A stretch of DNA of 64,000 nt from Euryarchaeota archaeon UBA19 (GTDB lineage: Archaea > Thermoplasmatota > Poseidoniia > Poseidoniales > Thalassarchaeaceae). Below, one piece after another: positions 1 through 9,828 of the stretch. Under the pieces are notes generated by a model, which worked only from the letters and a program-made list of their open reading frames with translations, did not search any database and was not told the origin of the DNA. How positions within the stretch are numbered: the stretch's first letter is position 1; the number at the start of each line of letters is the position of its first letter. The DNA lies in contig DAPQ01000060.1 of NCBI GenBank assembly GCA_002502175.1, forward strand, positions 7,784-71,783, read 5' to 3'. A program made the translations under genes and the position numbers.

Positions 1-821
1 ACATTGAACCTGATCCATTACATGCAGTCGCTAGAAAATTTATCGCCCCAACCGTAATTTTGTTAATTTTCTCTCTATTTCTACACGCTATAGCTCCGGC
101 TTTAGGAGATGTGCCGCTACTATCATGGCTAACTCAAGGATCTTATCAAATCGGTCCACTTGATTATCCAAAATTATTATTCATCACATTTCCAATATTT
201 GTATTGCCAATAATCATCAGAATATACGCTAATTCTAGAGATATTAACAGGCAAAACACCTACATTAATTCCCCATTAGGTGACCCCGAATTAGAATTAT
301 CAATCGGCGATGGGTGGGTAGAAATCGCCGAAATGAAGTTACCTGAAGAGGTGCAATTTTCTGCAGCCAGAATACAAGCCGGTGTCGCGGTGCCTGAAAG
401 AAAAACCATGCTTAAGTCATCCAACCGGCCAGAAGGTACTCAACCCCCTCCAGGTATGTCAACCGCTTTACCAGAAAAAAGATTGACAGGGGGAGAAGAA
501 CATGGTACTGGGGTAGGAGAATCTACACCTCTAGCAGTTGATTATTCTCGAATCCTATTGTTGGAACCGATGAGGGTAAGGTCGAGAGGGACTTTGGAAA
601 CAAGTAATGAATTACCTATCAGATTGAATGGGCCCGAAGAAAGATGGCCGGGTACAGTTTATTCCTCGGTGATTGCATTACATTGGGAGATTCATTTGCA
701 CGTACTTTGGCAAGGCACGAGGTTAAGGTGGGTCAGTCCAATTATTATGCCTCAAACTGATAATAAAATATTGATTGATAATCTACCACTTAGGGCTGCT
801 AGGTCTGAAGATTCTAAGTAA
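1..821 (+). CDS. Hypothetical membrane protein (5' truncated by window edge)
   Basis: Frame is open from position 3 to TAA at 821; two hydrophobic segments followed by a soluble beta-rich region. Confidence 0.7.
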   Translation, partial: IEPDPLHAVARKFIAPTVILLIFSLFLHAIAPALGDVPLLSWLTQGSYQIGPLDYPKLLFITFPIFVLPIIIRIYANSRDINRQNTYINSPLGDPELELSIGDGWVEIAEMKLPEEVQFSAARIQAGVAVPERKTMLKSSNRPEGTQPPPGMSTALPEKRLTGGEEHGTGVGESTPLAVDYSRILLLEPMRVRSRGTLETSNELPIRLNGPEERWPGTVYSSVIALHWEIHLHVLWQGTRLRWVSPIIMPQTDNKILIDNLPLRAARSEDSK

Positions 822-824
822 TAA

Positions 825-2015
825 TCACACAGGTTGTAAGGGTGGAGGGCAAGCTAGCTGATCCTCGGCAAATATTTCAGTTTCCAGATGGTTATAATCT
901 GAATCTCGTTTTTGTGGTATGAATCCTGCACGCGAAATTACCCTCTGTAATTCATCTTCTCCTGCTAGAGTCTTTGTGGTGCCGGAAGCAGAAACGACAT
1001 TTTCCTCCATCATTGTAGAGCCCGCGTCATCTGCTCCCGCAAATAGGGCTAGTTGGGCTATACCCATCCCCATTGTAGGCCAAGATGCTTGAATGTGGGT
1101 AATATTATCGAAAAACAAACGAGCAATAGCAACATGACGAAGATATTCATGAGCACCAGCTCCTAATTGAATTCTATTTTGACCCTTATTCCTTTTACCA
1201 AATGTATTGTTTTCTAATTGAACAGGCCATGCTATGAATGATGTAAATCCAATCAATCCGTCTGCTAAACTTCTGTCTTGTAGTCTTCGTATCCTATCCA
1301 TATGTTGAACACGGTGCGAATTATTCTCACCAAAACCAATGACATTCGTTGCAGATGTTGTTAGTCCAAGATGTTGTGCTTCTTCCATAACTCTTAGCCA
1401 ATTTTCCGAGCTACCTTTCTTTGGAGAGATGTCTAGGCGGACATCATCAACCAGCATTTCTGCTCCACCGCCTGGCAAGCCATGCATTCCTGCATCCTTC
1501 AATTGTTCTAGCACCTCTTTGGTAGAGGTTTGACAAACTTCTGCGATCCCTTCAATCTCGATAGGGGAAAAACAATCCAAAGCAATAGTCGGATGCCTTG
1601 CCCTTAATTGGCTAATCAAATTCGTGTACCACTCCATAGGTAGATCAGGGTTGACTCCGCCTTGCATTAACACGCGTGTGCCACCGATATTTTCTAACTC
1701 GGCAAATCTTGCACTAATTTGGTCTACGGATTGAGTGTAAGTCTCTTCATGCCCTGGGGGACGATAGAAAGAACAAAATTGACAATTTATTGTACACACA
1801 TTAGTGTAGTTGACATTTCGATCTACGAGATAAGTTACCTTATTTCCCGGAACTCTCTTTCTACGCATCAATAATCCAGCGTGCAATAATTCGTTTTGAT
1901 CGGCTTGATCGTAGAGAATTGTGGCTTCCTCAACAGAAAGTCGAGGAGGGTTATCACTTAATTGAGTTTCAAGAATTTCTTGCCAAGCGGCCAAACAATC
2001 ACAACCCTGAGCCAA
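825..2015 (-). CDS. mqnC: Radical SAM CofH/MqnC-family protein, probably cyclic dehypoxanthinyl futalosine synthase
   Basis: DRNVNYTNVCTINCQFC (CxxxCxxC), LMQGG, PGGGAEML, HIQASW, GSTMMEENVVSASG. Confidence 0.8.
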   Translation of the reverse strand: MAQGCDCLAAWQEILETQLSDNPPRLSVEEATILYDQADQNELLHAGLLMRRKRVPGNKVTYLVDRNVNYTNVCTINCQFCSFYRPPGHEETYTQSVDQISARFAELENIGGTRVLMQGGVNPDLPMEWYTNLISQLRARHPTIALDCFSPIEIEGIAEVCQTSTKEVLEQLKDAGMHGLPGGGAEMLVDDVRLDISPKKGSSENWLRVMEEAQHLGLTTSATNVIGFGENNSHRVQHMDRIRRLQDRSLADGLIGFTSFIAWPVQLENNTFGKRNKGQNRIQLGAGAHEYLRHVAIARLFFDNITHIQASWPTMGMGIAQLALFAGADDAGSTMMEENVVSASGTTKTLAGEDELQRVISRAGFIPQKRDSDYNHLETEIFAEDQLACPPPLQPV

Positions 2016-3354
2016 CCAATGCTTCGATTTCTGTAATTTGTTTAGGGCAGCTTGAGGTTAAGACAACAGGTCCATCCTTAGTGATTAATACGTCGTCTTC
2101 GATACGAATTCCAATTCCGGAGTATTTCTCAGGGATTTCGACATCCTCCCTCCATGAGGCGAAATAAATACCTGGTTCGACAGTTAGAACCATACCTTCC
2201 TCTAGTAACCTACCATCGCCCTTTCCACGAGGTCTAGTTACTCCGACGTCATGAACATCCAGACCTAATGAATGACTAGTTCCATGCATGAAGAACTGAC
2301 GGGTTTTGCCATCTAAATCTTCACCCATGGCTTCTTCAAATGTACAATTCAGTATACCTAATTTAATCAGACCTCTGGAAATTACCTCCATAGTCGCTTT
2401 GTGAGATGCGTTCCATGGCGCACCCACCTGACAAGCTTCAATTCCTGCAATTTCAGCCTCTAGAACCAGATTGTATATCTCTCGTTGAGGCTCAGTAAAT
2501 TTACCATTAACAGGCCAGGTTCTAGTGATATCAGAAGCATAGCCCTCAACCTCGCAACCAGCGTCCACGAGAACTAGCTCTCCATCCGAAACGGATTTGT
2601 TGTTAGCATGGTAGTGTAGAATTGTGGCGTTGTCACCACCACCAACAATGGAGGGGTAACTCCATTGAGAACCATTCGATTGAAAACAACCCTCGATTAT
2701 GGCCTGAATTTCCCATTCTCCGATCCCGGTATGGCTCTTTTTCATTGCAATAGAATGTGCCATAGAGGCTAAATCAGCAGACTTTTGCATAATGGCGATC
2801 TCTTCCTGAGATTTACAAATTCGCATTTCATCTAAGATTGAGGAAGGATCTACTAGACTAATTGGACCCATCCCGTAGGTATTTCTTTGTCTACTCTTTG
2901 AGGTAAGAGAATCGTGGACAATTTGGTCAATATCTGCATTCAGATTTTGAATCAAATACACCCCATTTGATTTTTTCAACGAATCAGTAACAACTTCTTT
3001 CATCTCTAGTAGAGAATAGGCTTCATCAATCGGCCATCCTGATGATGCACCTTCTATGCCAATTCTTCGACCTTCCCAAATTTCTGCGGTTGTATCGTTT
3101 GGTTGGACAAATAATGAAACTAGCCAATTTTTCCCGTTATGTTTTGCCATTAATACGGACTCAGGTTCGGACCAACCACAAAGGTATAGCATGTAGGAAC
3201 TAGCTCGGAATGGATAGTGAACGTCATTAGAGCGAATAGAAGCTGGATTAGTTGGGATGAGAACTAAACTATCGTGAGGGATCTTGTCGAGGAATCTAGA
3301 CTGACGTCCTCTGTATTCTGACTCCGAGAAAGGTAGGCTAGCCATACTGTCCAC
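1999..3354 (-). CDS. pepP: Xaa-Pro aminopeptidase (M24B); start may be 3345
   Basis: RSNDVHYPFR N-domain; LVDAGCE, ASDITRT, HGTSHSLGLDVHD, TVEPGIY, GIRIEDD metal ligands. Confidence 0.92.
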   Translation of the reverse strand: MDSMASLPFSESEYRGRQSRFLDKIPHDSLVLIPTNPASIRSNDVHYPFRASSYMLYLCGWSEPESVLMAKHNGKNWLVSLFVQPNDTTAEIWEGRRIGIEGASSGWPIDEAYSLLEMKEVVTDSLKKSNGVYLIQNLNADIDQIVHDSLTSKSRQRNTYGMGPISLVDPSSILDEMRICKSQEEIAIMQKSADLASMAHSIAMKKSHTGIGEWEIQAIIEGCFQSNGSQWSYPSIVGGGDNATILHYHANNKSVSDGELVLVDAGCEVEGYASDITRTWPVNGKFTEPQREIYNLVLEAEIAGIEACQVGAPWNASHKATMEVISRGLIKLGILNCTFEEAMGEDLDGKTRQFFMHGTSHSLGLDVHDVGVTRPRGKGDGRLLEEGMVLTVEPGIYFASWREDVEIPEKYSGIGIRIEDDVLITKDGPVVLTSSCPKQITEIEALVGSGL

Positions 3355-3421
3355 GCCTTGCCGAGAAGCAAGTTATTCTTAGGACTGTGGGATGAAAATA
3401 ATTTACAAAAAAAGTACAAAA

Positions 3422-4903
3422 TCAGGATTTCCATTTTGGTATTGTTCGTTCACTATTCCCTCGGAATCGGTTAACTAAGGCATATGTTAGGAACAATGCG
3501 CTAAATGCGAACGCCACCAGAGCGATTGGGAATGGCTTGACTTCGTCAGGATGAATTAAAATTACAGAAATCGTTGCGAACTCGCCATCATCGTCAATCA
3601 CTTCCAGAGTAAGTATGGCTCGATATTCTTCAACTTCAGTCCAAGAAAATTCTCTGTCACACCCCTCGTAAAGGGGAGAATTATCCAATAACCAAATACA
3701 TCTCAAACTGGAAGCATCATTTGCTGTGTCGGAACTTTCAGTGGCGTCTAATTTTATTTCAGAGGGATTTGAAATCCTAACTTCTTGACCGTCCGTAATA
3801 GCTTCGCCATCAATTATCAGCGATGCGGTAGGAACTGTATTCTTGATGTCTAAATTTACCATTTGCTCTGATGATAAGCCTCCTTTATCATAGACAGTTA
3901 AACTTAGAGTGTAGTTTCCAGATTGTGCCCCTGAGATAGAATATGTGTTGAGGTCTTCACCCATTTGTACATCGATTGGAAGATTGCCAGAGTGGGAAGG
4001 CCTTCTGAGAGTCCAAACATAGTACATTTCCGTTCTTCCCCAATACGGGTCCTCAGTTAGGGTTGCGTCGAATGTATGCCAAATATCATCCTCTACAGCA
4101 TAATCAATCCCCGATATTTTGATTACTGGTGGTTGGTTATTTACACGAATAGAAAATTCGTGGCTAGCCCCCACGGGAGCAGAATTACTCGATGGGCAGC
4201 CAATTAGTATTATTTCCATCCAACCGTCTAACTTGGCAGAAATATCCCAATTTATCTCGAATTCTCCAGATGGAAGTTCGTATACCTCATCAGTTATGGA
4301 TGCTTCATTGCAAACTGATGATTGAGGAATATGAGATGATTGAATTAGTCCCTGCGCCAAAGAACCTGAGATTTCTAGATTAACTCTCGCGTTTGGATAA
4401 GTACCAAGCCAACCACTAATTTGAAGAGAAGAATCTATCAAATCTCCGGATTGATCTGTATCTAACAAAAATCCAATCAAACCGGTTGAGTTTTCCTCAA
4501 CCATAAATACCACTCTAGTTTCTACAACTTCTAATCCATAATCATCTATTGAATGAACACTAACATAACATGCACACTCGCCTGAAGCTGAGAAAGTCAA
4601 CTCAAAGGACCAACCCCATTGTTCTCTACTACTTGTAGATGTTATATCAATCAAAGAACTCTGCAAATCTCCACCATCGAATTCTGTACCATCCTTAGAT
4701 ACCCGCCAAAATACATCTTGGGGTGGTTCATCATCTTCTATGATTCCTGAAAACGTGATCGACTCGGATGAATGGTATCCGTTTTCGACATCTATACTGA
4801 TTAAGGCAGGATCATCATCGTTGGAATTTTCTGCTTGAACACTATTGCACAGCAAAAGCAATGCTGAAAGTGATAGCAAGACTGCCCTCCAATGGCGCTT
4901 CAT
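3422..4903 (-). CDS. Secreted, C-terminally anchored PKD/Ig-like domain surface protein
   Basis: Signal peptide, acidic beta-rich body with PKD-like GNYTLSLTVYDKGG and LTLEVIDDDG, C-terminal TM helix. Confidence 0.7.
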   Translation of the reverse strand: MKRHWRAVLLSLSALLLLCNSVQAENSNDDDPALISIDVENGYHSSESITFSGIIEDDEPPQDVFWRVSKDGTEFDGGDLQSSLIDITSTSSREQWGWSFELTFSASGECACYVSVHSIDDYGLEVVETRVVFMVEENSTGLIGFLLDTDQSGDLIDSSLQISGWLGTYPNARVNLEISGSLAQGLIQSSHIPQSSVCNEASITDEVYELPSGEFEINWDISAKLDGWMEIILIGCPSSNSAPVGASHEFSIRVNNQPPVIKISGIDYAVEDDIWHTFDATLTEDPYWGRTEMYYVWTLRRPSHSGNLPIDVQMGEDLNTYSISGAQSGNYTLSLTVYDKGGLSSEQMVNLDIKNTVPTASLIIDGEAITDGQEVRISNPSEIKLDATESSDTANDASSLRCIWLLDNSPLYEGCDREFSWTEVEEYRAILTLEVIDDDGEFATISVILIHPDEVKPFPIALVAFAFSALFLTYALVNRFRGNSERTIPKWKS

Positions 4904-4955
4904 CAGCCCAAACGGCTAGACTATCTGTCTTGAACCTCATGCAAAAGTGTTCAAT

Positions 4956-6014
4956 TTATCTTTCTGAAATTTGCATTTGCCACACCAATTCATCAAGCCA
5001 CGTTCCTAGTGTATCAATATCTACGAATTCTTGACTGGCCTCAGCCGTTAGAATACAGTCACATGCGGCAGCGGCTAGTAGACCCGCATCTTCCATTGGC
5101 AAACCGTTTCCTAATGCTACTGCCAATGCTGTTGCCGCTGCGTCATGCAAACCTATCTGTTGTTTTGGAGTGGGGGCTGAACAATCGAAATGAATCACTT
5201 CTCCCTCCGATTGATAGAGAGTTACCCCATTAATCCCTCCCAAAACTACCAATGCATCCCAATCGTATGTAGAAATTAGTTCAGAGGCTGCGGAAGCAGA
5301 GTCGGAAGCCTCCAAACGTCGACGCATAAGTTCCATACCCCTCATCTCAACTAGAACAACCGTAGCACCTCGAGACCGTTCTAAACCGGTTAGTTTGGGG
5401 TCCATTATGACGGGTATGCCATTCTTGCTCGCAGCACCAATCAATTTTGAGGCGCTGGCTACAGTAACCGCACCATTATCATAATCTGAGATTACCAAAG
5501 CGCAACTATTCTCCAATTGCTTCATAGCATTATTAGCTAATTTATCAGACATTGAATTATCAATTTGATCAAGTGGTCCTCTGTCCGCCTGTAGTAAGAT
5601 TTGACTCTCTTCAAGCAGGCTTTCTCTGCTACCAAAAAACCGAATTTTTACGAGCGTATGCCTATCTGGAACTGATTCTATGCCCGTTACTGCAATTCCA
5701 TCTTCAGTTAACATATCGACAACTGCTTTACCTTCTCTATCATTTCCAACAAACGTGTGAAAATCAACATCTAGGCCTATTGAGTTTAGCCCCCTTGCAA
5801 TATGAGCCGCCGCCCCTGGGCTCTCATCAGTTTGGAAAATTTTCAACACAGGAACTGGTGCGATTGAGTTCAGATTATTCGCATATCCATGGTGATAACG
5901 GTCTAACATAACATCGCCCAACAATGTCACCTGAGAACCTTCCATATCATTGAGGCTGGAACGTAATCGCCTTAGAGATTCAATGCGGGAGACTGTTTCT
6001 TCGTCAATCGCCAT
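4956..6014 (-). CDS. PfkB-family sugar kinase-like protein related to HldE/RfaE domain I
   Basis: LGDVMLDRY, APVPV, PGAAAHIA, VISDY, MDPK motifs; anion-hole motif is degenerate (GLHD). Confidence 0.75.
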   Translation of the reverse strand: MAIDEETVSRIESLRRLRSSLNDMEGSQVTLLGDVMLDRYHHGYANNLNSIAPVPVLKIFQTDESPGAAAHIARGLNSIGLDVDFHTFVGNDREGKAVVDMLTEDGIAVTGIESVPDRHTLVKIRFFGSRESLLEESQILLQADRGPLDQIDNSMSDKLANNAMKQLENSCALVISDYDNGAVTVASASKLIGAASKNGIPVIMDPKLTGLERSRGATVVLVEMRGMELMRRRLEASDSASAASELISTYDWDALVVLGGINGVTLYQSEGEVIHFDCSAPTPKQQIGLHDAAATALAVALGNGLPMEDAGLLAAAACDCILTAEASQEFVDIDTLGTWLDELVWQMQISER

Positions 6015-6110
6015 GAACCTTCCAAAGGTTGGGAGTGAATGAGGTTTGGGGGAGCTAAATGGTCAAATCATGACCGACTAACTCAAGCGAGTAGGTTCTC
6101 TCCGCGAGGT

Positions 6111-7109
6111 ATGGCTGACCACTCTGGGACTTGGGTCTACGAGGGGGCAGCCGCCGAAAGACTATGGCAAAAATCAGCGATTGGTAGACCAAATGGAGAG
6201 GGAAAACTAGAGTTATCTCCGGCTGAGACATTGTTCGTTCACTATCACAGGCACATAGACCTACCAACAAATGATTGGATGAATCACGCACTGAATCAAA
6301 ACCCGATGCTATTACAAGAATATTCTATCTTAGAGGCTCTTCGTGTACCGGGTAACAAGATTGTTTTATCTCAAAATATGGGGCTATTTTCTCAACAAAT
6401 TCACCCTAAGTCTTGGGCTACTCGATGGACTTCGAATACTCATCCAAGAAATAGTAAAGCGATTTCCGAAATACGATGGTTTCATGAATCCGATAAATTG
6501 GATGCAATAGAATTACACCAATGGACAATTGATGTAAGCAATTCCGGGAGAACGCCGGAGGTTTTGGTTGTAGATGAAGAGTTGAGTGTTGTAACATACC
6601 AACTATCCTCTCAAAACCCCCGTGGATCATTTCAAGATCAAGAGGCAATAGAATCTCTAACTAATTTATCTGGAGGAATTACCTCAGCCGACGGTTTGCT
6701 ATATCCATCCGATGATTGGAAAATCCAACAATTAGGAGTACCCACCGCAGGGGGTATTCATCTCGATTCAATCACATGTGAAATTATTCAAGGATTAAAT
6801 CCGCTATCGGAAGGCGCAATGATTCTTTCTGACTTGCTTAATAGGGGTCTCGTAATTCGACCCGGATTCAAGTACGGTACTAGATGGAGATGTTATGATA
6901 AGCCTCTAGGAGAGGATCATGCACCTTTCCTCGTAGTCTTGCCAGAGGATGCACCAAGAGATTGGGCCGGTGCTTGCCTCGCCTCCAGATTAGCATCTGG
7001 AGTAAACAAAATTTGGTTACACCCTGTCAATAATGGAGATTCATGGAGTTATCTAGCGATAACTAGACCACCTGCTGACTCACGATGGTCGAATCCAAGT
7101 AAACGCTGA
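6111..7109 (+). CDS. endA: tRNA-splicing endonuclease (two-repeat form)
   Basis: RPGFKYGTRWRCY...DHAPFLV...RLASGVNK catalytic Y/H/K; VVDEELSVVTY in the first repeat; ATG 6111 preceded by GAGGT. Confidence 0.85.
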   Translation: MADHSGTWVYEGAAAERLWQKSAIGRPNGEGKLELSPAETLFVHYHRHIDLPTNDWMNHALNQNPMLLQEYSILEALRVPGNKIVLSQNMGLFSQQIHPKSWATRWTSNTHPRNSKAISEIRWFHESDKLDAIELHQWTIDVSNSGRTPEVLVVDEELSVVTYQLSSQNPRGSFQDQEAIESLTNLSGGITSADGLLYPSDDWKIQQLGVPTAGGIHLDSITCEIIQGLNPLSEGAMILSDLLNRGLVIRPGFKYGTRWRCYDKPLGEDHAPFLVVLPEDAPRDWAGACLASRLASGVNKIWLHPVNNGDSWSYLAITRPPADSRWSNPSKR

Positions 7110-7116
7110 TTTTTTT
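7110..7116 (+). terminator. T7 tract directly after the endA stop codon
   Basis: TGA followed by TTTTTTT, typical of archaeal intrinsic terminators. Confidence 0.4.
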
Positions 7117-7190
7117 CACTTTTACTCGCTATAATATACCCCCCTGCCTACAAAAAGAAGGTTAGGCGATTTGATCCGCCAAGAAAGCCC

Positions 7191-7448
7191 ATGGGTCGAA
7201 CAGTTGCAACTTGGAGGATGAGAGGGGAAGAAAGAATAGAGGGGTGGAAGCAGTTTCGTAGAACTTTGAGACCGCAAGAACGTTCGGCTTACGATTCGAT
7301 GGTTAATGCCGCGAGAAACAGAGCGGCGGCTTGTGGAATGATACCCACGGTCGACCCTATGGAACCAATATTTCTAGCGATGTTAGTCGAAGCGTACGAG
7401 AGAATCTCAAAAATCGAAGACGAAATTGAGAGGTTGAGGAATGGATGA
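7191..7448 (+). CDS. Small PolB2-associated protein (arCOG07300-like)
   Basis: MGRTVATWR...FRRTLR...EPIFLAMLVE pattern; overlaps the polB2 start by 8 bp. Confidence 0.75.
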   Translation: MGRTVATWRMRGEERIEGWKQFRRTLRPQERSAYDSMVNAARNRAAACGMIPTVDPMEPIFLAMLVEAYERISKIEDEIERLRNG

Positions 7449-9828
7449 AGGATGGATCCTTGATTGTCATCTAGATATCAAAACCGAATGTATGAGTTTA
7501 TGGATAAAGAAAGACGATGGAGAAGTTCAACAAATCCTAATGCCATGGTCATTCACGATACATGTTCATGGAGAATCGCACAGATTAGATGAACTAGGTA
7601 GAGCCCTTTCTAGACCTGAATACCAACGTCCATTTGGAGCACTATCATTGAGAAGGGAAAGGCATCGTACCTCACATGAATCACAAAAACAGGTGGAAGT
7701 CCTGGCAGTTAATTTACAGAAGCCATCGAAGATAAGAAAAATTGCAGAGATGATTGATGCAAATGGTTCATGGCGAAATTTCGAGCTTTTTTCCGTTGAC
7801 CCAAAAATCACTCAGAAATTTTTGTTAGACCTCAAAACCCATCCATTTGGGAGAGTGAAGATAATTGGAAACCAAATTTTCCCCTTAGATACAAGAGACG
7901 AAGTTGATTGGCAACTTCCACCTCTTAGAATCATCGAACTCGATGTTTGTTGCCTAGATGTAAATGGTAAAAGAAAGGCTAGCGCACCAATTTCTAGTAT
8001 CACAATAGTTGACAAGGGAGTAATTAATTGTGAAAGCAAATCATTCAGTCAAACTTTGGTTGCCGACGCATATACTTGCTATGCCCATATGTTAGATGAT
8101 TTCCACAGAAAAATAGAGGAAATTGATCCCGACATTGTAATCACCCATGATGGAGACAGTGTCGACATTCCTGCATTGATTAGACTCGCCGAGAAGTCGG
8201 GAGTGAAGCTGAATATTAGTAGAAATGGTAGAGAAAGTAAACCTCGCTCTCAAGAACGTGTGGCTTGGAGCTACGGCCGACTTCTAAGAAAGGAAGCGTA
8301 CCATTCCTTAGAAGGGCGATTACACATTGATATGGGGCGCTCTTTCATAGGCAAAGAAGGTGGGATTGAGGGGTTAATGGAATTATCAAGAGCTTCGGGA
8401 TTACCAGCAGCGGACCTATCGAGATTATCACCAGGTTCAGCAATTTCAGCTATGCAAATTCGACAATCGATTGAAGATGGAGTATTGATTCCTTGGAAAA
8501 AGAATAGGCCAGAAGATATGAAAGATGCTGAACAAATAATGTTGGCTGATCGGGGTGGACTATACTTAGACCCAATTGTTGGTGTTCACCAAGGTGTTAT
8601 TGAACTAGATTTTGCGAGTTTATTCCCCAGCATAATTGCAACGAGGAACATTAGTCCTGAAACTATGAATTGTTTGTGCTGTAATCTAGATTCGGACCAT
8701 TCAAGAAAAGATGGGAGATTATCGTTGAATGTAAAAACAGCTGCTGCTGAAATTCAAAAAAGGCAAAAAAATAATGAAAATCTGAAATTAGTTGTACCCG
8801 AACTTGGATTACATGTCTGTACGAAAAGGCATGGATTCCTAGGTAGAGTGGTAGCACCTATAATTGAAAGACGGAATGTATTGAAAGAAAAAAGGCAGAA
8901 CAAAGGAGACGTTTGGGACAGAAGACAAAATGTTCTGAAGTGGATCTTGGTAACTTGTTTTGGCTATACTGGTTATCGAAATGCACGCTTTGGTAGAATA
9001 GAATGTCACGAGGCTATTTGCGCTTGGTCTCGTGAAATACTCCTGACCACTATTGAAGAAGCAAACAAAGAAGGATGGGATTGCATACACGCTATAGTAG
9101 ACGCTATTTGGATTAAAGATAGAAAGAATCGAAGCGAGGAAGAAAAACGAGATTCATACCAACGTTTGATGGTTAGAATTGAAGCATTGGTTGGCATACC
9201 TCTTGAACTAGAACATGAATATGATTGGATTGCATTCATCCCAAATAGAACTACAGGAGTTGGTGCACTCACCAAATACTATGCAAAGATAGGAGAAGAG
9301 TGGAAGGTTAGAGGGATTGAATTACGCCAGCATTCAACATGTGAATGGATAAGGCAATTACAAGAAGATATGATGGAAGATTTAGCGAATGACCCATTCG
9401 GAATTGGACCGAAAATCGCGGCTCAACGTGTTGAAGATGAAATATCTCGTATGAAGAGAGGGGAAGTACCATTGAGTCAATTGATAGTAGGTAGAAGAGT
9501 ACGATATGAAACTGGTAATCATCGTGTAATGAATCTGACAGCTGCGGCTCTTCTCCGTGCCCGAGCGCTAGAACAAATCACACCTCCTGGAAGGAAGGTT
9601 CGTTTTGCCGTAACAGGTTGGAAAAGAGAACAGCCTACCGACAGGGTGCGATTACAATCAGAAATAGACTCAGGAACGAATTCCATTTCAGGACAAAAAG
9701 GAGATGCTGAATTCTATACTCCACTAGCTGTTCGAGCCGCCACTTCGATACTATCTCCCTTCGGTTGGAATGAAGATGTTGTAACTGCAGGCTCGAAGAG
9801 GCAATCTAGTCTAGAGGTTTGGATGTGA
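7441..9828 (+). CDS. polB2: Family B DNA polymerase, PolB2 group (degenerate motif C)
   Basis: LDFASLFPSII, LKWILVTCFGYTG, HAIVDAIW in place of YGDTDS, KVRGIELR; C-terminal PIP-like QSSLEVW. Confidence 0.88.
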   Translation: MDEGWILDCHLDIKTECMSLWIKKDDGEVQQILMPWSFTIHVHGESHRLDELGRALSRPEYQRPFGALSLRRERHRTSHESQKQVEVLAVNLQKPSKIRKIAEMIDANGSWRNFELFSVDPKITQKFLLDLKTHPFGRVKIIGNQIFPLDTRDEVDWQLPPLRIIELDVCCLDVNGKRKASAPISSITIVDKGVINCESKSFSQTLVADAYTCYAHMLDDFHRKIEEIDPDIVITHDGDSVDIPALIRLAEKSGVKLNISRNGRESKPRSQERVAWSYGRLLRKEAYHSLEGRLHIDMGRSFIGKEGGIEGLMELSRASGLPAADLSRLSPGSAISAMQIRQSIEDGVLIPWKKNRPEDMKDAEQIMLADRGGLYLDPIVGVHQGVIELDFASLFPSIIATRNISPETMNCLCCNLDSDHSRKDGRLSLNVKTAAAEIQKRQKNNENLKLVVPELGLHVCTKRHGFLGRVVAPIIERRNVLKEKRQNKGDVWDRRQNVLKWILVTCFGYTGYRNARFGRIECHEAICAWSREILLTTIEEANKEGWDCIHAIVDAIWIKDRKNRSEEEKRDSYQRLMVRIEALVGIPLELEHEYDWIAFIPNRTTGVGALTKYYAKIGEEWKVRGIELRQHSTCEWIRQLQEDMMEDLANDPFGIGPKIAAQRVEDEISRMKRGEVPLSQLIVGRRVRYETGNHRVMNLTAAALLRARALEQITPPGRKVRFAVTGWKREQPTDRVRLQSEIDSGTNSISGQKGDAEFYTPLAVRAATSILSPFGWNEDVVTAGSKRQSSLEVWM

